A stretch of DNA of 64,000 nucleotides, taken from the NCBI GenBank assembly GCA_002772995.1, contig PFCO01000008.1, forward strand, positions 23,150-87,149. The letters are read 5' to 3'. Below, in pieces: positions 35,367 through 44,623 of this stretch. Position numbers and translations under genes: made by a program. How positions within the stretch are numbered: position 1 is the stretch's first letter; each line of letters starts with the position of its first letter. This DNA comes from Candidatus Niyogibacteria bacterium CG10_big_fil_rev_8_21_14_0_10_46_36. Lineage in GTDB: Bacteria; Patescibacteriota; Minisyncoccia; 1-14-0-10-42-19. The notes under the pieces are model-generated. The model worked only from the letters and a program-made list of their open reading frames with translations, was not told the origin of the DNA and did no database searches.

Positions 35367-35831
35367 TTAGGGAGTAATTATGTCTTGGAACGTCATATCT
35401 TCGGAAGGAAATTTTCCTGTATACATAAAATAAAAAATTTTCTCCAGAAGATTGAGCGTGTGTTCGGGGTGTTCTAAGGCGCTCGTTCCGTTTGTAATGT
35501 TCGTAATAATGTAGGGTGTTTTGAATCTTTTTTTCTCTTCCCTGATTTTTCTTAAAAGGGACGGATGAACGGCGCGTCCGTACTCTTTCATTTTTATGGC
35601 CAACATATCCTCCCTGATGTATATGTCAGGGATGACTGTAATCAGGGAGAGATGACAGCCGTCGATTTTTATGGGCATCCCTTTTAATTTCGACGAAAGT
35701 CTGGTGTTGAATTTGTGTGAGTTTTTGTCCTCACGGAATACTCCATAATAATGTTCCCGGAGTATTTTTAGCTGTTCGCGATACACATCCAACAGTGTTT
35801 CCATAAAGACTCCTCCTTGCTTTTCTCGCAT
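35367..35831 (-). CDS. Hypothetical protein (about 145-154 aa)
   Basis: Minus-strand ORF between two terminators; no recognised domain. Confidence 0.5.
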   Translation of the reverse strand: MREKQGGVFMETLLDVYREQLKILREHYYGVFREDKNSHKFNTRLSSKLKGMPIKIDGCHLSLITVIPDIYIREDMLAIKMKEYGRAVHPSLLRKIREEKKRFKTPYIITNITNGTSALEHPEHTLNLLEKIFYFMYTGKFPSEDMTFQDIITP

Positions 35832-35900
35832 GATAGCATATTTATTTTATTATGTCAAGGATTATGCTGCCTTACCACTTTCTTCTATAATGAGGGTACG

Positions 35901-36734
35901 ATGATGGGAGCATATTGTTTTTTGAACGGACGCATAGTTCTTTGTAAACGCGCAGGAATGCCGCTGAACGACCTGGGAGTGCTTCGCGGGTATGGCGTAT
36001 TTGATTTTTTGCGGACCTATAATAAAAAGCCCTTTTTGATGAAAGAGCATCTTGATAGGCTCGAGCAGTCTGCACGGCGCTTGCACCTTGCTATTCCGGT
36101 GCCGCGTGAAGACATAGAAAAAGCAGTCTATACGCTTATTCGCAAGAATGCTTTTCCGGAAACGAGCCTTCGTTTTGTGCTTACCGGAGGCATAAGTGCT
36201 ACCGGATTTTTCCCCGAAGAAAAGCCGACATTTTTTATTCTCGCCGAAAAGTCAGAAGCAATGCCCGAATATATGTATCAGAGAGGCATTTCGGTTGTGA
36301 CGCACGAATATCTCCGAGATATCCCCGAAGCAAAGACCAACAATTATATGATCGCGGTAAAGATGCGGAATTTGAAAAAGAACAAACGGTTCGTAGAAAT
36401 GCTCTATATGTATCAAGGTAATATTCTTGAAGCAACCACGAGCAACATATTTTTTGTAAAAGGGAATACGCTTATTACGCCGAAAAAAAACATACTTGTG
36501 GGTACGACGCGGAATTTTGTTATCCGGCTCGCAAGAAAGGATTTTCGCATTGAGGAGCGGGATGTCCATATAGACGAGATTAAACAAGTATCCGAAGCAT
36601 TCCTTACCGCAACGAATAAAGAAATTCTCCCCGTGGTACGCATAAACAAATATGTGATCGGGGATGGAAAAGTGGGGCTGCATACAAAAGAGCTCATGAG
36701 CAGATTCCGAGCACACACCGCCTCACTGAAATAA
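35901..36734 (+). CDS. Class-IV aminotransferase (branched-chain / D-amino-acid aminotransferase family)
   Basis: GLLRGYGVFD-type motif (GVLRGYGVFDFLRTY) and overall fold-type IV pattern. ATG 35901 chosen downstream of the convergent gene. Confidence 0.75.
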   Translation: MMGAYCFLNGRIVLCKRAGMPLNDLGVLRGYGVFDFLRTYNKKPFLMKEHLDRLEQSARRLHLAIPVPREDIEKAVYTLIRKNAFPETSLRFVLTGGISATGFFPEEKPTFFILAEKSEAMPEYMYQRGISVVTHEYLRDIPEAKTNNYMIAVKMRNLKKNKRFVEMLYMYQGNILEATTSNIFFVKGNTLITPKKNILVGTTRNFVIRLARKDFRIEERDVHIDEIKQVSEAFLTATNKEILPVVRINKYVIGDGKVGLHTKELMSRFRAHTASLK

Positions 36735-36975
36735 AAAACCGAGGATATTCTCGGTTTTTTTGATTTAATTGCTTGCTTGTTCGGGGTAGAACCCTTCCGG
36801 AATTGGCAGTGTTGCCGTATGCGCGGAAATATACGGACGTTTTTGGATTGGACGCGTATACTCCTCCAATCTCAATAATTTCGTGCCATGGCGATAGCAT
36901 ATTATTGACCAGCATCAGTGGCTGATGTTCCGTTGTTTCAATATCAAGGAATAAAAACGGAAATGATGAAGACAT
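36694..36975 (-). pseudogene. Probable remnant of a DEDD-family 3-prime to 5-prime exonuclease (DnaQ-like), N-terminal ExoI motif only
   Basis: Ribosome-binding site plus ATG 36975. The first roughly 40 aa (FLFLDIETTEHQPL...HEIIEIGGVY) match the ExoI motif D-x-E-T-T-G...IIEIGAV. The downstream motifs are absent, and the reading frame runs through the terminator hairpin and into the neighbouring gene. Confidence 0.35.
36733..36761 (+). terminator. Rho-independent terminator (CCGAG-gatatt-CTCGG, then TTTTTTT)
   Basis: Seen in sequence. Confidence 0.85.
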
Positions 36976-37128
36976 TGACAGCCCCCCTGTTTGCGTGTTT
37001 TTGTTTTTAAAAGTGCGCTTGAGATTATAGTATCATATTTCTTCATGCGTCCACGGTTGCACACATCTTTTTTTTGTCTTCTAATGAGGATTTTGTGGAA
37101 AAAGATTTTCTTTTCCGTATTTGCGTCG

Positions 37129-37137
37129 TGATATAAT
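37129..37137 (+). promoter_or_regulatory. Extended -10 promoter element TGaTATAAT upstream of the orphan gene
   Basis: Seen in sequence, 47 nt upstream of ATG 37184, with GAGGAGG ribosome-binding site at 37171. Confidence 0.4.
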
Positions 37138-37183
37138 TGTATAAAGTGTCTGTTTTTTGACATAAAAAAAGAGGAGGTTCACT

Positions 37184-40100
37184 ATGACCGAGTGGAGTTC
37201 AATAATTCCTCGTTTATTGAAGGTAATAATGTCGATATCGTACCGGGATGATTTGTTGGACGCGATACGGAACGATGCGGCGCTCAATTCCGCATTACAG
37301 GCAACTCCGTATGTAGCGTTTTTAAGCAAGCTGAATGCAGAGGAAAGAAAAGGATCTGACATAGGCAAGCAGTGGGCGAGCCTACCCAAGCGGGAGCCAA
37401 AAAAGGCAAAAAAGAAAGCAAGGCTATCGTCCGAAGCAGCAGCACTTGAAAAACGCATCAAATTAGAACTCGCTCAGTTTGTCCATAGTGGAAATATAAA
37501 AAGCGAGGACGATGTAGATGCGTTATACGAACAGATTCGGTCTTCCTTTGGGAAAGACATCAAGATAACGCAGTATCGTTTCGGAAAAAGGAAGTATAAA
37601 TCGCTCATCGATGATCTTTTATGGACGGGCGGGAAAGACGGAACATTTACGGCGCTGAAAGAGATAGTCCGCAAGGATCTCCCTATTGAAAAGTTTTCCG
37701 AATATCATCCGCATATTCCTGTTTCATTGGTAGAAAAAAAGAAGCAGGAAATCTCTGGAGTGACGCAGACATCGCTTCCGGTGAAGCTATTGCCAGGAGT
37801 GGGGAGACTGACTGACGACATCCGCCATGCAGATGCCAATTTCAGCTTTCCCGGTAATTCGTATCATGAGCCGTTTGTGATATCGGGAGGAAAATCAGAT
37901 TTTTCCTTTATCGTTATCAATGGCCCTCAGGTCGGCATGCAGTATAGCAAGGTTATTGCAGAGAATCCTGTTCGCTGTGCGCTTGCGCAGGCGGAACGGG
38001 ACAAGTGCGATGCGGTGCTTCTTACGGGAACTATCGATGTGGATACGAAAAAGGCTGCGGGCCCCACAAAAGCGCTTCGCGCGCTCTTTTCGGGGAGAAA
38101 TACGAATGTAGACATGTTAAATCCCATCTACCAGAAAGAGGCAAAGAGCATTTTAAGTGAGGCGATGGGGCGAGATATCGTCTATGAAACGACTGCGGAA
38201 ATCTTCTCCAACCTGTTAAGCGGATGGAGAAAGATAACTATTCAGCCCGATGAGCAGCCAGAATTTAACGGTGATGTGTTTATCGTATTCGGTCCGAAAG
38301 AAGAAGAGATTATCTTGGCAGGTGCGTATTGGGAACTGCATTACAATACCATGCGCAAGATTGATCTTATCTTGGCGGAGATTAGCGTTGCCCGCAGCGG
38401 TCTTGCACGTGCGAAAAAAAACGGCAATACCCGGGAAGAACGTAAGTTGGAAAACAAACTTCTCGAACTTCAGGATCTGCGTACGCGTACGCGTATGACA
38501 AATGTGAGCGTTGAAGACTGGAAAAAGATGTACCGTAAGATGCTTGCGTTTGTTGTCCGCAGCTTTGAACAGACAATTCCGAACGCAAAAGTTATCAATA
38601 AAGGGACGACCTATCTGAAGGTAAATGGGTCAGTGTTTGAGATGCATATCCCGAGCACGCTCCAGGTAACTGACGCACTGCTTTCAAAATTCGTAGGGTC
38701 GTATGCACATGCGACATTGCGAAAGAGCTTTGCTGACACTGTTGTGATATGCCATCCGTATGCGATAAACCACCGGGTAACAGCGCGCGAAATAGATGCT
38801 GAGGGCAAACGCCGTTCGGCAGAGATTCATGTAGCGCCTATCTGTGTTGACGGTGTGATATTGCGCGACCGGATAAAGACCATAACAAAGAGTGTTCACG
38901 CAATACAGCGGGCAGTGTTCCATCCGTTGTTCAACCCCGGGGTGCTGAAGTTCCGTTGCGCCAAGGGGCTCATCACGACAAGCATGTTCGGTATTGATGC
39001 GCTTCGCAAGCATCTTCGTATTCTTTCCGGCGCGGAAAGCAAAACCAAAATAGCAGATAAATATATTTATCTGTTTGTGGGGACTGATCCGCACTGGGGG
39101 AGCAGAAGCAAAGAATTTATCTGGTGCGACGAAAGGCGCGAGTATCTCGGCATGACCGAATGCGCGTTTCATCTGCTCCGGAAATACCGCAATATGAAAT
39201 CTTTGGGTGTTCACATGTTCGTTTCTAATGACGACATTACCCAGGGACATCATTTCCCTTCGCAAAAACAGCCGCACCAAAACCAGATGCCGTATGACTT
39301 CTTTGAAAAGAAATGGGGTGAGGCGATTGCTGAGGCTGAAAAAGTAGCGGAGAATAACGATCCGAAAGCGTTGTTCAAATTGCTTCGGGATATGAGAGAT
39401 CTTTCGCTAGACCAGATTCGCGTGCGCGGTATTGATTGGGTGCGTGACCAGCTTGAAGAGGTCCTATACCGCCACCTAAAACCGAATGTCGATATATTTG
39501 ACGGCATTCTTTCATCGGGAACGCGCGCAGGGCTTATAGTGAAAGGCGCGTCTCATTATCTGCAGACGCAGTTTGACCGGAGGGATATTGGTCTCATTAA
39601 TTTCGGCGACGGAAACCATTTTTCAAAGACGACAGACAGGAATCTTATGGAAAATACCATCGTTGCGCAGTACCTGCGGCTCCTGCTGGGTCAGATGAAA
39701 AAATGGGAAAAAGAAAAAGATCTTCTCGATGCCCTTGTCCGCGATCCGATACACGGCAATCAGTTTATCGGCTGGGGAACGGTAGAAGCGCCTGGCGGAT
39801 ATGTATGGGCGTTCGATCTCCGGAGCTCTCCTACGGGACTGGGAATTGATTGGAATGATCCGTTCCTGAAAATGTCACGCAATGACATGAAGCGCGGAAA
39901 CTTTACGCGGTTTTTTGAGAACAAGTATACGGTCAAGGTGGTAGGTGATAAGCATTTCTACACGACACAATGCACCGCTCAGGCACTGTATCTCATGGGA
40001 CCGCCGGGGACATCTACGGATGTATACGGTGAGCTTGGTTTTCCGCCGAATAATACGGGAATTCTTTTTGTAGGACTTCCGGCGGAAGGTCCTGATGCCG

Positions 40101-40201
40101 GGCCAATTCTTTTCCGGCCGCTCCTGTATGATCGTCTGCGCGAATATATAGAAGAGAAAAAACCATTTGATTGGGATTCATTCCTCCCCAATCCGTTATA
40201 A
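37184..40201 (+). CDS. Large orphan cytoplasmic protein (1005 aa); Lys-rich N-terminal region; C-terminal half carries degenerate metallophosphoesterase-like motifs
   Basis: Uninterrupted 3018-nt ORF with a strong ribosome-binding site, its own promoter and a terminator at 40233-40261. No TM or signal sequence. Candidate motifs are LFVGTDPHWG (D-x-H), SNDDITQGHH (GD-x-x-D-x-G-like) and FGDGNHF (GNH). Confidence 0.85.
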   Translation: MTEWSSIIPRLLKVIMSISYRDDLLDAIRNDAALNSALQATPYVAFLSKLNAEERKGSDIGKQWASLPKREPKKAKKKARLSSEAAALEKRIKLELAQFVHSGNIKSEDDVDALYEQIRSSFGKDIKITQYRFGKRKYKSLIDDLLWTGGKDGTFTALKEIVRKDLPIEKFSEYHPHIPVSLVEKKKQEISGVTQTSLPVKLLPGVGRLTDDIRHADANFSFPGNSYHEPFVISGGKSDFSFIVINGPQVGMQYSKVIAENPVRCALAQAERDKCDAVLLTGTIDVDTKKAAGPTKALRALFSGRNTNVDMLNPIYQKEAKSILSEAMGRDIVYETTAEIFSNLLSGWRKITIQPDEQPEFNGDVFIVFGPKEEEIILAGAYWELHYNTMRKIDLILAEISVARSGLARAKKNGNTREERKLENKLLELQDLRTRTRMTNVSVEDWKKMYRKMLAFVVRSFEQTIPNAKVINKGTTYLKVNGSVFEMHIPSTLQVTDALLSKFVGSYAHATLRKSFADTVVICHPYAINHRVTAREIDAEGKRRSAEIHVAPICVDGVILRDRIKTITKSVHAIQRAVFHPLFNPGVLKFRCAKGLITTSMFGIDALRKHLRILSGAESKTKIADKYIYLFVGTDPHWGSRSKEFIWCDERREYLGMTECAFHLLRKYRNMKSLGVHMFVSNDDITQGHHFPSQKQPHQNQMPYDFFEKKWGEAIAEAEKVAENNDPKALFKLLRDMRDLSLDQIRVRGIDWVRDQLEEVLYRHLKPNVDIFDGILSSGTRAGLIVKGASHYLQTQFDRRDIGLINFGDGNHFSKTTDRNLMENTIVAQYLRLLLGQMKKWEKEKDLLDALVRDPIHGNQFIGWGTVEAPGGYVWAFDLRSSPTGLGIDWNDPFLKMSRNDMKRGNFTRFFENKYTVKVVGDKHFYTTQCTAQALYLMGPPGTSTDVYGELGFPPNNTGILFVGLPAEGPDAGPILFRPLLYDRLREYIEEKKPFDWDSFLPNPL

Positions 40202-40232
40202 AACTGTAAAGCAGGATTTCCTGTGATATAGT

Positions 40233-40261
40233 AAAGAGAGTCCCACCGGACTCTCTTTTTA
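40233..40261 (+). terminator. Rho-independent terminator (AAGAGAGTCC-cacc-GGACTCTCTT, then TTT)
   Basis: Seen in sequence. Confidence 0.9.
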
Positions 40262-40272
40262 TATATGCGTCT

Positions 40273-41373
40273 ATGGATATCGTAGCGAAGATGAAACGAG
40301 AATACCGCATTTATGAACGGTTGCGCCACAAGCGTACGCTGTGGATTGCCGGTAGCGCGCTATTTGTTCTCTGGTTTGTGATTACATCAATCACGCTTTT
40401 TTTGCCTCCGTATGATTTTCCGAGCGATAAGATATTTGATGTGGAAGACGGAAAGGGGTTGCAGCAGATCTCAAAAGAATTAAAAGAAAACGACGTTATC
40501 CGTTCTGCGTCGCTTTTTTCTTTTTTAATAAAACTATTCGGGCATGAGCGGAGTATTAAAGCGGGTCTCTACTATTTTGAACAGCCGCTTTCTTTGGTAG
40601 ACATTATGTACCGTCTTACGGACGGCAATTATGAAGTCACGCCGTTTCGGGCAACGATTAAAGAGGGGGCGACTATTTATGGGATGGGTCTTTTTTTTGA
40701 AGAGCGCGGTTTTTTTTCTGCTAACGCATTCTGGCATGCGGCAGGCCTGCATCCCGATCATTACGGTAATGACGGCGAATATCTACCGCTAGAAAATGAT
40801 TATAGTATGAAATCAGATCTCGTAAGCAAGCGGCCCACAGGAGAGGGGCTTGAGGGATTTTTGTTTCCGGACACATATTTTTTCCCGCCCGGCGTAACGC
40901 CGGAAGGGGTTGTGCATGCCATGCTTGAAAATTTTGATAGAAAGATAGTGCCCGATATTCGTGCAGAAATAGATCAACAGGGGAAGTCATTTTATGATGT
41001 TCTGATTATGGCGTCTATTATTGAGCGGGAAGCGCTGAACGGGGACGACGGGAAGATTATCTCAGGTATTCTATGGAAACGTCTTGCGAGCGACTACCCG
41101 TTGCAGGTGGATGCAGTTCTTTCGTATATTACGGGGCGCGGTTCGTTTGCTTTGAGTGCGGATGATCTTGATATTGATTCTCCATATAATGTATATAGGC
41201 GGATTGGTTTGCCGCCCACTCCCATATCAAATCCCGGGATAGAGGCAATAGAAGCGGCGCTCTACCCGGAAGAAACGGATTACTGGTATTATTTGCATGA
41301 TGCGGAGGGGCGTGCGCATTACGCGCGTACATTTGATGAACATAAAGAAAATAAAATAAAATATTTGAGATAA
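40273..41373 (+). CDS. mltG: Endolytic murein transglycosylase MltG (YceG family)
   Basis: N-terminal TM helix; YceG-domain motifs including ASIIEREA, PDTYFF and GLPPTPISNPG. Confidence 0.85.
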   Translation: MDIVAKMKREYRIYERLRHKRTLWIAGSALFVLWFVITSITLFLPPYDFPSDKIFDVEDGKGLQQISKELKENDVIRSASLFSFLIKLFGHERSIKAGLYYFEQPLSLVDIMYRLTDGNYEVTPFRATIKEGATIYGMGLFFEERGFFSANAFWHAAGLHPDHYGNDGEYLPLENDYSMKSDLVSKRPTGEGLEGFLFPDTYFFPPGVTPEGVVHAMLENFDRKIVPDIRAEIDQQGKSFYDVLIMASIIEREALNGDDGKIISGILWKRLASDYPLQVDAVLSYITGRGSFALSADDLDIDSPYNVYRRIGLPPTPISNPGIEAIEAALYPEETDYWYYLHDAEGRAHYARTFDEHKENKIKYLR

Positions 41374-41375
41374 AT

Positions 41376-42284
41376 ATGAGTGTATTCAAGCAGCACGGCG
41401 TTACCATAGGACTTGTGTGCGTTACTCTTCTAGCGCTTTTGTTTGCGTATCAAGGCAGAACAGGAGCAAAAAACGCATTATTGGAGTTAGAACACATTTC
41501 ACTTGCGCTTACCGGGCGCATAGCAGACCTGGACGCACTGATTGAAATGCAGGGCTATCAAATCCGTTCACTAAGAGAAGAGGGTTTTATAGAAGGGGAT
41601 AGCTTCCCTGCGCATGCTGAAACAGTTTCTAGAGCAACTGTCATTATCATTGATGAAGGGAGTGATATCGGTTCAGGATTTTTTATTGATTCAGGGGGCG
41701 TTATTGTAACCGCAGCGCATGTTATTGACGCTGCAGGAGATGGTTTTCAGGTACAAACATATGATGGCAGGACATTCGCAGGGAAAACGATAGCAAAAGA
41801 TAGTAGCGTAGACATTGCGCTTGTGCGTATTGCAGGAGAAGATTTTCCTTCGGTGGCATTGGGCTATTTTCAAAATATTGAAATTGGAGAAGAAATAGGT
41901 ATCGCGGGGTTTAATCGCGGGCTTTCGCGCATCCTCGTCCACAGAGGCGTTGTGTCTTCAAAGGATGAAGAGGGAGGCACAAAGCAGATAAGTATCAATG
42001 CATTTGTGAATAAGGGAAACAGCGGAGGTCCAATTTTTTCTGCGCTCACCGGGCGCGTGATAGGCATGGTGCAGGCGCGCCAAATTGATATTCCCAGCGA
42101 GAAACTTATCATACTTCCCCCGAACTATTCCTCGGGATTTGCGATTGGGGGGCTTGATCCGGTAAAGTTCAATGTAGAGCTCTATAATGAAACAGTGGCG
42201 CTTGTAGGCGATGTCTCGCAGGTAGGCATAGGATTTGGAGTAGCAAGCGAGCATATACGCGCCCTCGAGCAAAAAATAAAATAG
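41376..42284 (+). CDS. Membrane-anchored trypsin-like serine protease (S1C-like, no PDZ domain)
   Basis: Catalytic triad motifs TAAHVI, DIALVRI and GNSGGPIF; N-terminal TM helix. Confidence 0.8.
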   Translation: MSVFKQHGVTIGLVCVTLLALLFAYQGRTGAKNALLELEHISLALTGRIADLDALIEMQGYQIRSLREEGFIEGDSFPAHAETVSRATVIIIDEGSDIGSGFFIDSGGVIVTAAHVIDAAGDGFQVQTYDGRTFAGKTIAKDSSVDIALVRIAGEDFPSVALGYFQNIEIGEEIGIAGFNRGLSRILVHRGVVSSKDEEGGTKQISINAFVNKGNSGGPIFSALTGRVIGMVQARQIDIPSEKLIILPPNYSSGFAIGGLDPVKFNVELYNETVALVGDVSQVGIGFGVASEHIRALEQKIK

Positions 42285-42310
42285 GACGCACGTGTGTGTC
42301 CTATTTTTTC
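42275..42310. terminator. Bidirectional terminator (ATAGGAC-gcacgtgtgt-GTCCTAT, then TTTTTT)
   Basis: Seen in sequence. Confidence 0.8.
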
Positions 42311-42314
42311 TTAT

Positions 42315-42533
42315 TTATCTTGGGAATCTCCCGAGTTGTCCGCATTGGTTGAAAAAATGGAAGAGCAGTATTGGGAGCCATCCCAAAAACCATTTTCTTA
42401 AAAGTTTTCTTTGCTCTTCAACGGGTGTCGTTTTGCGTTTTTTTCTTTTTGCGATAGCGATGCCTGTAGTAATAATGATTCCTACAAAGAGGTAAAGGAC
42501 GATGCCTATAAGTATTTTATCCGCGAAGCTCAT
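42315..42533 (-). CDS. Small membrane protein (72 aa)
   Basis: Ribosome-binding site AAGGAG upstream on the minus strand; one TM helix followed by a Lys/Arg-rich segment. Confidence 0.5.
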   Translation of the reverse strand: MSFADKILIGIVLYLFVGIIITTGIAIAKRKKRKTTPVEEQRKLLRKWFLGWLPILLFHFFNQCGQLGRFPR

Positions 42534-42586
42534 TATGCTATCTCCTTGAATTTATTTGGTTTTTACCGTATCATGAGTGCACTAAT

Positions 42587-43669
42587 ATGTCAATGAATGC
42601 AGTAAAGAAAAAGGTGTTTGTGGCGCTTTCCGGCGGAGTAGATTCGTCGGTCGCGGCTTTGCTGCTTGCGCAAAGCGGGAAATATGAAGTGATTGGTGCG
42701 CATATGAAATGTTGGAGTGAGGGCGCGTATTGTACATCGGAGCAGGATGCTGAAGATGCGCGGCGTGTCGCCGAAATATTGAATATCCCGTTTTACGCAT
42801 TTGATCTTGAGAAAGAATACCGTGCATCAGTATACGAATATATGGTGCGTGAATACAAGGCGGGGCGCACACCAAACCCTGATGTTATGTGCAATAAAGA
42901 GATTAAATTCGGCATATTTTTACAAAAAGCGCTGTCTTTGGGGGCGGATTATATTGCTACCGGACACTATGTACGGGGAGACGAACATAATGGCGTGCAT
43001 ACGCTTTCTATCGCCGGAGACCAACACAAGGACCAAAGTTATTTTTTATGGACATTAACGCAAGAACAATTACGTCACGCACTTTTTCCACTGGGGGAGC
43101 ACACAAAAGACAAAGTGCGGGAGAAGGCGCGTGAATTCGGATTGCCGACTCATGCAAAGAAAGATTCGCAAGGGCTTTGTTTCGTGGGCGATATTGATTT
43201 TCGTTCATTTATGCAGGAAATTTTGCCGAAGCGCGAGGGGCAGGTTCTTACTGCCGCAGGAAAAGAGATTGGGACGCATGAAGGAGCGGAATTTTATACG
43301 ATAGGACAGCGGCATGGCATAGGTATCGGCGGAGGTATCCCATACTATGTTATTTCTACGGATGTACGGACAAATACGATAACAGTGGCGGAGGGTCCGT
43401 ATGAAGAAGCGTTATTTGCATCAGAGACATATGTAGCCGATATTCATTGGATTGCCGGACGCGCCCCCGTGTTGCCTTTGAAGTGTGATGTGCGCATACG
43501 ATACAGGCAACCGCTTCAAAAAGCGACAATAGTCCATGATGGAGATCGTATCAAAGTAGAATTTGAGAGTCCGCAGAGAGCTGTAACACCCGGCCAGTCC
43601 GTTGTTTTATATGCAACGGAAGAATCGTCTGTCGGCAGACAGATGCTCGGAGGAGGAGTTATTTCTTAA
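42587..43669 (+). CDS. mnmA: tRNA-specific 2-thiouridylase MnmA
   Basis: PP-loop SGGVDSSV, catalytic Cys context and a C-terminal beta-barrel; full-length match to the MnmA architecture. Confidence 0.95.
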   Translation: MSMNAVKKKVFVALSGGVDSSVAALLLAQSGKYEVIGAHMKCWSEGAYCTSEQDAEDARRVAEILNIPFYAFDLEKEYRASVYEYMVREYKAGRTPNPDVMCNKEIKFGIFLQKALSLGADYIATGHYVRGDEHNGVHTLSIAGDQHKDQSYFLWTLTQEQLRHALFPLGEHTKDKVREKAREFGLPTHAKKDSQGLCFVGDIDFRSFMQEILPKREGQVLTAAGKEIGTHEGAEFYTIGQRHGIGIGGGIPYYVISTDVRTNTITVAEGPYEEALFASETYVADIHWIAGRAPVLPLKCDVRIRYRQPLQKATIVHDGDRIKVEFESPQRAVTPGQSVVLYATEESSVGRQMLGGGVIS

Positions 43670-44621
43670 TGGCGAGACGCACAATATGATCTAGGAGAGC
43701 GGGGAATGAAAGCCCTATTGCTTCTGCAGATTTTGGCAATAGTGACTCTGATGTTAGTCCCGGAAGAGTGTTTATTTCTAATACCCACACGGTGTCGTTT
43801 GCGAGCATCATGTCGGTCCGCGAATAATGCCTGCACCCAAGCGCTTTGTGCGCACGGATAGCCGCATCTTGTATGTGTGTTTTTTCGCGCGGGGAAAATC
43901 TCCCCGGGCATATTTCCTGCGTTGAGCCGTCGTATTTGCATTGATAATCAAAAAATTTTCCTTTTGGAGGGATTATTTCTATGACGGGAAGCGCATAATA
44001 TGTTTCTTCCCGGAAGTTTTCAAGCACACCGCATGTTGCCTCTCTCCCGTTAATGTATTTTTCTACCAGTGCTGCTGAATCAATGCGGAGTGCTTCGGTG
44101 AGGGCGTCCGCAAGATTTGGGAGCGTGCGCACGATACTGACTCCTACTGATGAGCCTTTCCCTGCGGGCTTAACTACCCAGGGAGGAGCCATTGCCCTAT
44201 GCACTACGCGGCAGGTGTCTTCAACATCGTCTTCTGGTTTTACTAGGATTGACGGCAGTACTTTGAGTCCCGCACGCGAGAGCAGTTCTTTTGCCACGTT
44301 TTTTTTCATGGCAAATCGGGACGCGATAGCGTCCGAACCGGTATACGGAATGGCGTGCCGTTCAAGAATTTTTTGCACTGTTCCGTCTTCCCCATATTCG
44401 CCGTGCATCGCATTGAATGCGACATCAACATGCCGGAGAATTGTTTCAGGGGAGCGGACAATCCCTTTGTGGTGCCATTCTCCGTCGCGGGAAATGAATA
44501 TATCTATGCCTTTATACATCCCTTCAGGGAGGCTTCTCAAAACATTTTCGCCGGTTTTCAGCGAAACATCATATTCGGAAGACGGCCCTCCCCGTAGTAT
44601 GCCGACGGTTATTTTTGCCAT
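43659..44621 (-). CDS. ddl: D-alanine--D-alanine ligase
   Basis: N-terminal GGPSSEYDVSL and an ATP-grasp domain; typical Ddl. Confidence 0.95.
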   Translation of the reverse strand: MAKITVGILRGGPSSEYDVSLKTGENVLRSLPEGMYKGIDIFISRDGEWHHKGIVRSPETILRHVDVAFNAMHGEYGEDGTVQKILERHAIPYTGSDAIASRFAMKKNVAKELLSRAGLKVLPSILVKPEDDVEDTCRVVHRAMAPPWVVKPAGKGSSVGVSIVRTLPNLADALTEALRIDSAALVEKYINGREATCGVLENFREETYYALPVIEIIPPKGKFFDYQCKYDGSTQEICPGRFSPREKTHIQDAAIRAHKALGCRHYSRTDMMLANDTVWVLEINTLPGLTSESLLPKSAEAIGLSFPALLDHIVRLAIKK

Positions 44622-44623
44622 GG

